From Acidobacteriota bacterium (GTDB taxonomy: Bacteria > Acidobacteriota > Thermoanaerobaculia > Multivoradales > UBA5704): DNA of 53,169 bases. Under the pieces are notes generated by a model, which saw nothing but the letters and a program-made list of their open reading frames with translations, did not search any database and had not been told where the DNA came from. Position 1 is the stretch's first letter. Each line of letters opens with the position of its first letter. The translations under genes were made by a program, and so were the position numbers. This document shows positions 10,721 through 18,662 of the stretch, in pieces. The DNA is taken from NCBI GenBank assembly GCA_040005235.1, contig JBDTZG010000038.1, positions 1 to 53,169 of the forward strand, given 5' to 3'.

Positions 10721-11677
10721 ATGACGCTTGCTACCTTAGAAATCCTTCGAACGCCCGCGCGCATTCCCCGGCCGTCGCTGCGCGACGCCGCGGTTCCGAC
10801 CGAGTTTTTGGGACCTAGCGGCGCAGTCCGGCGGCTGATCGACCAACTCGACCTGGCGAGCCGCGGCCTGGATCCGGTCCTGATCCAGGGAGAGACCGGT
10901 TCGGGCAAGAGCCTGGCGTCGCGCATGTTGTACGAGCTGTGCGGCGCCGAGTCCGGCTGGACGGCGATCTCCGCCGACGCCTTCGACGAGCGCCTCTGTT
11001 CACGCCTGGTCCACGAGCGGCGGGAGTCGTCTCCTACGTTGCTCGCGATCGAAGAGGTGGGCGACCTTTCCGGCACGGCGCAGCGCCGTTTGCTGCGCCT
11101 GCTCTCGTCGCGCGAAGGGCCGCGGGTGATTGCCACCACCAGCAGGGACCTGAACCTCGAAGTCCTGCGCGGCACCTTCTTGCGCGCCCTGCTCGATCGC
11201 CTGGCGAGCTTCGCGGTGACCGTGCCGGCGCTGCGCGACCGGCGGGAAGACCTGCCGACTCTGGTCGAACGAATCCTGGTCGAGCTCGCCACCCGCTATC
11301 GCAAGAGCGTCCGCGGAGTGAGCCCGGAAGCGCTCGACCTGCTGCTCGAACACTCCTGGGGCGGCAACCTGCGCGAGCTTCGGCACGAGCTGGCCCGCGC
11401 CCTGCTCCTGACCCCGGCGGGGGAGGAGATCGCGGCGGCAGCTTTGTCGCCCGACCTCGTGCGCGGGTCTCGCTCCGGGCGGTGGACTTCGAGCCTGCGC
11501 CAGCGCGCCCGCGAGATCGAGCGGAGCCTACTTTCGCGGGTGCTCGAAACCAACGGCTGGAACGTCTCCGCCGCAGCTCGGGAGCTCAAGATCAGCCGGG
11601 TGGGATTGAGCAAGAAGCTGCGGGTGCTCGACATGAAGCGCCCTCTCGCGACCGCGCAGCTTTCGCGGCATCTTTAA
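10721..11677 (+). CDS. Degenerate sigma54-activator-like AAA+ protein with Fis-type HTH
   Basis: GETGSGKS Walker A, LAIEEVG Walker B, WGGNLREL, C-terminal WNVSAAARELKISR. No GAFTGA loop and no N-terminal sensor. Confidence 0.85.
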   Translation: MTLATLEILRTPARIPRPSLRDAAVPTEFLGPSGAVRRLIDQLDLASRGLDPVLIQGETGSGKSLASRMLYELCGAESGWTAISADAFDERLCSRLVHERRESSPTLLAIEEVGDLSGTAQRRLLRLLSSREGPRVIATTSRDLNLEVLRGTFLRALLDRLASFAVTVPALRDRREDLPTLVERILVELATRYRKSVRGVSPEALDLLLEHSWGGNLRELRHELARALLLTPAGEEIAAAALSPDLVRGSRSGRWTSSLRQRAREIERSLLSRVLETNGWNVSAAARELKISRVGLSKKLRVLDMKRPLATAQLSRHL

Positions 11678-11795
11678 GGGAGCTGCGTAAGAACCCGAAG
11701 GAGCGAGGAGGGCGATCGAAAACACCCGCTTGTCCTAGACAGGGGCACGGAGGGATGTTACCCTTCGGCCAGGTCTTCTCGAGGGTCGCGGCAGC

Positions 11796-12329
11796 ATGAC
11801 TTACCTGCAACAACCAGAGCTCCAAGACAGCCTAAACCAACTGCTGCTCGCCTCGCGACCGCGGCTGGAGCGCGTCTTGCGCCATTTCGAGATACCGCCG
11901 GAAGACGCGGAAGATATCCTCCAGGATGCGCAGCTCACCCTGCTCTATAAATGGGAGCAGATCCGCAGCCCGGAGAGCTGGCTGGTCGGTACCCTAAAAA
12001 AGAAATGCATCATGTATTGGCGCAAACGTCGTTCGAGTCTGTGCGATGCCGTCGATACGGCGATTCTGGATCTGGTGGCGACGCCGGTGGCGCCCGATCA
12101 GGAGAAAGCCGAGCTGAGCTTCGACCTCAACCGGGTGCTCGGCAATCTGTCGGCCCGTTGCCGTTCGCTGCTCAAACTGCGCTACGGCTTGGGATACGGG
12201 CCGAGCGAGGTGGCCGAGCAGATGGGCTATCGGCTGTCGAGCATTCGTAAGGTCACGAACCGCTGCCTCGCCGCGCTCACCCGGCAGCTCGTGGCGGTCG
12301 GCTTTCATCGCGAGCCCGAGGGCGATTGA
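11796..12329 (+). CDS. ECF-type sigma-70 factor, paralog 1
   Basis: Region 2 (DAEDILQD…WL) and region 4 (RSLLKLRYGLGY…EVAEQMG); 177 aa. Confidence 0.9.
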   Translation: MTYLQQPELQDSLNQLLLASRPRLERVLRHFEIPPEDAEDILQDAQLTLLYKWEQIRSPESWLVGTLKKKCIMYWRKRRSSLCDAVDTAILDLVATPVAPDQEKAELSFDLNRVLGNLSARCRSLLKLRYGLGYGPSEVAEQMGYRLSSIRKVTNRCLAALTRQLVAVGFHREPEGD

Positions 12330-12331
12330 CC

Positions 12332-13678
12332 ATGATTGAACGACACCCCTCGGCGGATCGGCTGCGGAGCTTCAGCCGCGCGGAGCTGTCCCGGTCTCAT
12401 AACCGCGAGGTGGTGAGACATCTCCTCACGGGCTGCGACCGCTGCTCACAGACTCTCGTCTTCTACGCCCCGCCGGGCATCGGCATCGCCCACCCGGGTC
12501 CGTCGCCGTACGATTACGACACGGCGTTCGCCAAAGCCCGCGCCGCCTTTCTCTGGTCTCGACATGAGCATCTGGAAGAGCAGCAGAATGCGCCAGGCCT
12601 GCTGCATGCTCTCGAAGAGCACCCGTTCGATCGCCAGATCCTGCTGCTGATGAACAGCCGGCGATTCTGGACCTGGCCCCTCTGTTGCCTGCTGCTCGAG
12701 CGTTCGCACGAGCTCGGCTTCCGGGACCCGAGCCGGGCCCTCGATTTCGGCCGGCTCGGCGTTCGCCTGTCGGAACAGTTGTCGGTCGAGTCCTATGGCG
12801 ACAGCCGCGTCGCTGATCTGCGAGCCCGCGCCTGGGCAACGCTTGCCAACGCGCAGCGCATCGCCTCTGACTTCCGCGCCTCGGATCAAAGTTTTCTCCG
12901 TGCCGAGCGCTCGTTGCGCAAGGGGACCGGCGATCCGCTCGAAAAGACGCGTCTGCTGCTGCTCAAGGCGTCGCTCCACGGCGACCAGCGGCGCTTCCCA
13001 GAGGCGATCAAAATGCTCGATCGCGCGCTCGCCATCGCGCGCCGCAACGGCGACGAGTCGCTGATCGCCCAAGCGTTGGTCAAGAAGGGTATCGTTTTCG
13101 GTACCTCCGGCCGGACCGACGAGGCGATCGACTGCCTGCGCGAAGGAGTGCGGGGAATCGATCCGAAAACCGATCCCCGCCTGATGGTGGCGGCGCACCA
13201 CAACCTGATCGTCTATCTGATCGAAGGCGGACAGCTCCAAGAAGCCGTCGCCCTGCTCGAAGCGACCCGGCCGCTTTACGAAGAGCTGGGCGATCGGATG
13301 AATCTGATCCGTCTCCAGTGGCTGGAAGGCATGATCGCCCAGAACCGCGGCCACCTCTCCGAAGCCGAGAGGCTTCTGCGGTCGGTCGGCGCGGCCCTCG
13401 CGGAGCAGGGGCTCGGCTATGACGCCGCGCTGCTCGCTTTCGACCTCGCCGGGGTCTACGCACGCCAGGGGCGGACCGAAGAAATGCGCGCGCTTGCCGC
13501 GGAAATGCTCCCTAGTTTCCAGTCCCGCGAGGTACACCGCGAAGCGCTCGCGGCGCTGATCGTCTTCCAGAAAGCGGCGAAGATGGACCGGGTGACTCTC
13601 GGCCTGGTCCACGAGCTTTCGGATTACCTTCGCCAGTGCCGCAAGAACCCCGGGGTACGGCTCCGGGATTCGGTCTAG
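12332..13678 (+). CDS. ZAS (zinc anti-sigma)-like N-terminus fused to TPR repeats, paralog 1
   Basis: H-x24-HLLTGCDRC followed by TPR-like helices; starts 2 nt after the sigma stop; no TM segment seen. Confidence 0.85.
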   Translation: MIERHPSADRLRSFSRAELSRSHNREVVRHLLTGCDRCSQTLVFYAPPGIGIAHPGPSPYDYDTAFAKARAAFLWSRHEHLEEQQNAPGLLHALEEHPFDRQILLLMNSRRFWTWPLCCLLLERSHELGFRDPSRALDFGRLGVRLSEQLSVESYGDSRVADLRARAWATLANAQRIASDFRASDQSFLRAERSLRKGTGDPLEKTRLLLLKASLHGDQRRFPEAIKMLDRALAIARRNGDESLIAQALVKKGIVFGTSGRTDEAIDCLREGVRGIDPKTDPRLMVAAHHNLIVYLIEGGQLQEAVALLEATRPLYEELGDRMNLIRLQWLEGMIAQNRGHLSEAERLLRSVGAALAEQGLGYDAALLAFDLAGVYARQGRTEEMRALAAEMLPSFQSREVHREALAALIVFQKAAKMDRVTLGLVHELSDYLRQCRKNPGVRLRDSV

Positions 13679-13809
13679 TCGTTCCGGCCCGGCCGACAAT
13701 CTCCGCGAAGAAGAAGCTCGTCATCGCGGCCTGCTCCAGAACCTACCTGGACAAAATGCCCTGCTGCTGATAATGTAACTTTGGTTTACACGCTGTTACT
13801 GCGCCCGCA

Positions 13810-14355
13810 ATGGCCGTCTCCGAACAAGACTCGAGCTCCGAGTCCGCTTTCGAGGATCTAGTCGAGAAGATCCGTCCGCGCCTGCGGAAGATTCTCTCTC
13901 GCTACCGAATTCCGCCTCAGGATGCCGACGACCTGATGCAGGAGGCATTCCTGATCCTGGTTACGAAATGGGGGACGGTTCAGAACCCCGAAGCCTGGAT
14001 CCTTGCAACTCTTGCAAATCGGTGCATCATCTACTGGCGAAAAAGCCGTAGCCGCCTCTGGGACTTGGTCGACGGTGTCGTCCTCGAGCTGCTCGCCGAC
14101 GGCGGTCCGCCGATCCAAGAAGGGATCGACCTGCGGGTGGATCTGGAGGCGTTGGTGGCCAACCTGCCGGATCGCTGTCGATCTTTGCTTCGGATGCGCT
14201 ACCAGCTCGGCTGCACCACCACAGAGACGGCGGAGAAGACCGGATACTGTCGTTCGAGCATCCGCAAAGTCACGCGGAGATGCATCTCCGCTCTAGCTAC
14301 CCAGTTGCTTGGGAAGCCGCTCTCGGCATCGGCGGACACTACCTTCGAGCCCTAG
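13810..14355 (+). CDS. ECF-type sigma-70 factor, paralog 2
   Basis: RPRL…RYRIPPQDADDLMQE, CIIYWR, LPDRCRSLLRMRY, SSIRKVTRRC, shared with paralogs 1 and 3. Confidence 0.9.
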   Translation: MAVSEQDSSSESAFEDLVEKIRPRLRKILSRYRIPPQDADDLMQEAFLILVTKWGTVQNPEAWILATLANRCIIYWRKSRSRLWDLVDGVVLELLADGGPPIQEGIDLRVDLEALVANLPDRCRSLLRMRYQLGCTTTETAEKTGYCRSSIRKVTRRCISALATQLLGKPLSASADTTFEP

Positions 14356-14371
14356 GTTCGCGCGGCGAACC
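14355..14371 (+). terminator. Short hairpin after sigma paralog 2
   Basis: GGTTCG-CGCGG-CGAACC stem-loop with a weak U-tract. Confidence 0.3.
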
Positions 14372-14484
14372 CTTCGATTTAGCTCGATCGTAGCTTTTCT
14401 GTCCCTCTCGACACCCCGAACGGTAACCTAAGTCTTAGAGGTCACGCGGGCCGCTCCCGTGTCCGCATACCAAGGAGAATCATC

Positions 14485-14802
14485 ATGTCTCGACGCATCG
14501 CCATGTACGCACTTTCGCTGGTCATCGCAGGAGCCGTCCTCGTTCCCTCGCCTTCTTTGGCGCAGGCCGACCCGGGTTCCCGGGCTGCGATCGGCGGGTT
14601 CGGTTGGCTCTCGGCGCTTTGGGAGCAGGTGATCGACCGGTTCGTTCCGCTCTCCGACGCCGGAATCCAGATTGATGGCAACGGATTTGCGTCCCAAATT
14701 ACCGCCGAAGCAGGAATTCAGATCGACGGGAACGGGACGAGCTCGGATGCCGGCATCCAGATTGATGGCAACGGAAGAACAGCGCCTACGATCGACTACT
14801 AG
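14485..14802 (+). CDS. Secreted precursor peptide with three [DE]AGIQIDGNG repeats
   Basis: AAGGAG RBS; signal peptide ending …SLA|Q; repeats at 14656-14685, 14707-14736 and 14746-14775 differ mainly at synonymous positions. Confidence 0.85.
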   Translation: MSRRIAMYALSLVIAGAVLVPSPSLAQADPGSRAAIGGFGWLSALWEQVIDRFVPLSDAGIQIDGNGFASQITAEAGIQIDGNGTSSDAGIQIDGNGRTAPTIDY

Positions 14803-14919
14803 CCGACCGGCGGCTCGCCGTCACTCTATTTGTGGGTATCCCCCAAAGCCGACTTCCTGGACTTTGGAAGGGGAAAGGTGTACCTTTGGCTGGAGTCAGA
14901 GATTTGGTGAGCACTGTCG

Positions 14920-15447
14920 ATGATTGCCCTCGACGAAATTTTCATCGAAACGTCCCTGGAGACGTTTCTCGAAGAAGCTCGCCCCCGGCTCAAGATCATT
15001 TTTTCTCGCTACAGAATCCCTCCAGACGATACGGAGGACATTGTCCAGCAGGCGCTGTTGGCCCTGCTGTATCGCCTGGGTTCGGTCAGAGATCCTCAGG
15101 CCTGGTTGATTGGAACCGTCAAGAACAAGTGCCTTCTCTATTGGCGCGATCAACGGCGGAGACTCTATGACTCGGTGGATTCGACGGTACTTGAGTGGAT
15201 TGCGCGCCCTTCGTCTCCCGAACAGGAAGACGACGATGTCCGTCGGGATCTAGATGCCGTGATCGAGACGTTGCCGAACCGTTGTCGCGCTCTCTTGAGC
15301 CTTCGCTATGGACTCGGGTACGAGCCACCCGAGGTCGCGGCCCGCTTGGGTTACAGCGCATCGAGCATGAGCAAGATCACCACGCGCTGTATTGCGATGC
15401 TCACCCGTCAACTTCTTGTCGCAGGTTTGGGTCGGAAAAAAATATGA
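14920..15447 (+). CDS. ECF-type sigma-70 factor, paralog 3
   Basis: RPRL…RYRIPPDDTEDIVQQ, WLIGT…CLLYWR, LPNRCRALLSLRYGLGY. Confidence 0.9.
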   Translation: MIALDEIFIETSLETFLEEARPRLKIIFSRYRIPPDDTEDIVQQALLALLYRLGSVRDPQAWLIGTVKNKCLLYWRDQRRRLYDSVDSTVLEWIARPSSPEQEDDDVRRDLDAVIETLPNRCRALLSLRYGLGYEPPEVAARLGYSASSMSKITTRCIAMLTRQLLVAGLGRKKI

Positions 15448-16841
15448 CGACGAATACCGATCATCCGAGCCGCGAGGTTTTGGAACGCTTCCTTCTGGCC
15501 CAGCTTCCGGCCTCCGAAAGCCGTCGGGTGCTCCGGCACCTCCTCGCCGGTTGCCAGGACTGCCAGACAAACGCCGGGGCCGCCTGGAAAAGCACCCAGC
15601 CGGGCGCGATGTCGCTGCCGCTCGATCCCGCGCTCGACGCCCGCTATGACGAGGTGCTGGATCGCGTGTTCCAGCGGGTCGAGCGGGTCGAGCGGGTTCT
15701 GGCGCGCGAACGCTCCCAGGCCCGCGAGCTTCTGGCCGCCCTTGAGCCGCATCCGATCCAGCGCCAACTCTTGATGCTGCGCAACAGCGCAAAGTTTCGC
15801 AGTCGCGCGCTGTGCGAACAGTTGATCGAAGCGAGCCAGGAGCGAGGCTTCAAAGACCCGGAAAGGGCGCTGGAGCTGGCCGACCTCGCGATCGAGATTT
15901 CGCGCTCCTTGCCCGAAGAGACCCACGGCGCCGACCCGCCGACCCAGCTCGAAAGCCGGGCCTGGGCACAATCGGCCAACGCCCAAAGAATCCTCGGCAA
16001 CCACGACGGCGCGGAGCGTTGCTTCGAGACCGCCGAGGAGCTTCTCGCCGAATCGCAAGGCGTGGGCATCTTCGACGAGGCGCGGCTCTACGACCTCAAG
16101 GCCTCGCTACGGCGCGACCAGCGCCGGTGGACCGAGGCGTTGGAGCTGCACGACCGGGTAATCGGCATCTATCAGTGTCTCGGGCAGCGGCATCTCCTAG
16201 GTCGCGCCTACGCTCAGAAGGCGACCGTGATCTCCGAGGTGGGGGATTTTGCCTCGTCCATCTCCCTCCTGCGCCGGGCGCTCGAGCTGCTCGATCCTAA
16301 GGAAGAGCCGCGGATGTTCCTAGCGGCGCGCCACAACCTAATCTGGGCTCTGTGCGAAAGCGAGCGCTACCGCGAAGCTTTCGCCCTCCTCTTCCACACC
16401 CGTCCGTTCTATCTCCAGGCGGGCGACCGGATGAACCTGCTCAGAATGCGCTGGCTCGAAGGCCAGGTCGCCGCCGGCCTCGGACGCTCCGAGCAGGCCG
16501 AAGTGGCGTTCCTCGAAGTGCGCCGCGCCTTTGGCGAGCTTTCCCTTGACTTCGACGGCGCCCTGGTCTCGCTCGATCTCGCCGTGCTGCTCGCTCGCCA
16601 AGGGCGCTCTACGGAAGTCCAGCGGATCGCCGAAGAGGTTCTCGCGAGCTTCGTCGCCCGCTCGATCCATCGCGAAGCGATCGTCGCGATCACCCTGCTC
16701 AAGCAGGCCGCCGATCAACAGCGCGCCGAAGTCGACCTCGTCCGCCAGGTCTCGTCGTTCCTGCGGCGCTCGCGGAGCAACCCCGAGTTGGCGTTTGAGC
16801 GCGGAAGCGGGTTAGAGGTTCCGCCCCGGGCGGCGAGCTAG
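15444..16841 (+). CDS. ZAS-like + TPR protein, paralog 2
   Basis: ATG at 15444 overlaps the sigma stop (ATGA). H-x24-HLLAGCQDC; GDRMNLxRxxWLEG and HREA shared with paralog 1. Confidence 0.85.
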   Translation: MTTNTDHPSREVLERFLLAQLPASESRRVLRHLLAGCQDCQTNAGAAWKSTQPGAMSLPLDPALDARYDEVLDRVFQRVERVERVLARERSQARELLAALEPHPIQRQLLMLRNSAKFRSRALCEQLIEASQERGFKDPERALELADLAIEISRSLPEETHGADPPTQLESRAWAQSANAQRILGNHDGAERCFETAEELLAESQGVGIFDEARLYDLKASLRRDQRRWTEALELHDRVIGIYQCLGQRHLLGRAYAQKATVISEVGDFASSISLLRRALELLDPKEEPRMFLAARHNLIWALCESERYREAFALLFHTRPFYLQAGDRMNLLRMRWLEGQVAAGLGRSEQAEVAFLEVRRAFGELSLDFDGALVSLDLAVLLARQGRSTEVQRIAEEVLASFVARSIHREAIVAITLLKQAADQQRAEVDLVRQVSSFLRRSRSNPELAFERGSGLEVPPRAAS

Positions 16842-16971
16842 GTAGGAGCGGCGCCAGGCTGTAAGATTAAAGGGTCGCTCCTTGGGAAGGCTTGGCACTT
16901 CCTCGTGCGCAAATCGGTGCGCGGGAGTAGTGTCTGTGTCTTTCTGGGGCGAGAAAAACGGCGATGCTGTG

Positions 16972-18240
16972 ATGACCCCGCGGATCGATTTGGCCGAGCT
17001 TTCTCGGCGCGAAAACGAACAGACAGAGTGGAAAGAGAGCGTCGCGGAGGTCGACGATGTCGTCGCTACCCTCACGGCGTTTGCCAACGATCTCCAAAAC
17101 CTCGGCGGCGGATACGTCGTCTGCGGAGCCAAGGAAGAGAAAGACGCTCAAGGCTTTCCGCGGCTGGTGCAGGTGGGGCTGGTCGCGCTCCGTTTGAAGG
17201 AAGTCGAGCACCAGGTCCTGGCCCGGTGCCGCGACCGTGTGTCGCCCCCTCTTGCGCCGCTCGTCGAAGAGATCCCGATCGACGACGAGAACCGACGTAT
17301 CCTTGTGTTCATTCAGCCTGCTACCGGATCCGCACATACCTTCCGCCGAGGGCACGAGGGCGCAAAGCATTTCGTCAGGGTCAGCCGTTCGACCCTCGAG
17401 GCACGCAACGGAACGCTCCGCGATCTGCTGGCCCGTAAAGGCGCAATAGAGCCTTGGGACCGACGGCCCTGCCTGGGGGCGACCGAGGCGGATATCGACC
17501 TGCTAACTCTCCGAGACACACTCCAGCGCATCGGACTGGTGGACTCCGAAACACCTTCGGAGCGTTTTGTTTCCGACAAAGTCTCGGTCAGCGCGTTCGT
17601 CCCGCCTCTCTTAGCATATGAGGCACTTACGGGTGTGCTGCGGCCTCGTCACTTCGCTATTCTTCTCTTCGGGAGAAGCCCACAGCACTTCATTCCAGGA
17701 GCCGTCTCTTTCTTCTCGAAATATGTAGGCTTCGATCGGGCGGCGCCGAAGGGACAACGGCTGGAGCTGGCCTCGACACTCATCGACCAAATGCGCTTGC
17801 TCTTGCCCGCGGTTGAAGCCGAGGCCCAGACACTTTTCGATAAGGACGACCCAGCGCGTCCCAGCGTTCTCAAGTACCCTGTCAGGGCGATCCGAGAGGC
17901 TGTCGTCAACGCCTTCGCCCATCGCGACTACGAGCTTCCGGATCCGCTGCGGGTGACGGCGTTTCGAGACCGCATAGAGATTTCATCCCCCGGAGCGCTG
18001 GCGTTCGGTGTCGCACCGGGCGATCTCAGCGCGGCGACCGCCGGGCCTCTTTGGCGCAATCAGTCCCTCGCCTGGTTTCTCACCCGCCTCGGGTACGCAG
18101 AAGGCGAAGGCCAAGGGCTCAAGACAATTCAAACGACGCTCCGAGATGCCGGCTGTCCGCCCGCCCAGTACGAGGCCAGTCCGGTTCGCGTGCTCTGCAC
18201 GCTTTGGGCGCATCCTCGGGCGACCGACGCCAAGACCTAA
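16972..18240 (+). CDS. Schlafen/AlbA_2 domain + HATPase_c_4 (RecG C-terminal-like) protein
   Basis: ENEQTEWKE…AFAN…GGYVVCG N-terminus; AIREAVVNAFAHRDY…IEISSPG…RN…GQG C-terminus. Confidence 0.85.
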   Translation: MTPRIDLAELSRRENEQTEWKESVAEVDDVVATLTAFANDLQNLGGGYVVCGAKEEKDAQGFPRLVQVGLVALRLKEVEHQVLARCRDRVSPPLAPLVEEIPIDDENRRILVFIQPATGSAHTFRRGHEGAKHFVRVSRSTLEARNGTLRDLLARKGAIEPWDRRPCLGATEADIDLLTLRDTLQRIGLVDSETPSERFVSDKVSVSAFVPPLLAYEALTGVLRPRHFAILLFGRSPQHFIPGAVSFFSKYVGFDRAAPKGQRLELASTLIDQMRLLLPAVEAEAQTLFDKDDPARPSVLKYPVRAIREAVVNAFAHRDYELPDPLRVTAFRDRIEISSPGALAFGVAPGDLSAATAGPLWRNQSLAWFLTRLGYAEGEGQGLKTIQTTLRDAGCPPAQYEASPVRVLCTLWAHPRATDAKT

Positions 18241-18317
18241 CGCCGGGCGCAGAGACTCAGCGGCAAGTCGCTGTACGAGCAGGCCACGGACCAGTGTCCG
18301 GGGGAAGAGCGAGGCGC

Positions 18318-18520
18318 CTAAGAGTCCTTGCCGACGCGATAGCCAATGCCCCGAATTAGAATCGCGGCGACGGCGAAGGTGGTTCGCATGCCGGTCGCAA
18401 CCTCCTCGGGACGGGCAGCCACAATGTTGCTCGTGGCTGCTCCGATGGCGAATACGGCTCCCATCAGGAAGGCACGGGGGATGAGGCCGAGATTGCGCGA
18501 CAGGTTGAGCAAGCCGGAGT
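18318..18520 (-). pseudogene. MFS (DHA2-like) transporter C-terminal fragment
   Basis: SGLLNLSRNLGL…MGAVFA…GMRTTFAVAAIL resembles an MFS C-terminus; the rest of the gene is absent. Confidence 0.55.
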
Positions 18521-18662
18521 ACTGGAGCCCGAGCGCCCGAGAGATTGAACGAACCGACCACCAGGCGCATCGCTGGAGTTGCGCGGGATTGTTGTGGAGG
18601 TCTGCGCGGCGATCCGGTAAGGGTTTACATCTTCCCGGTCGGGGCTTCTCGGATCGCTCGGC

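Noticed and set aside
13774-13790. TGTAA-N7-TTACA inverted repeat upstream of sigma2
   Set aside because: Only 5-bp arms and a single occurrence; cannot be assigned to a regulator.
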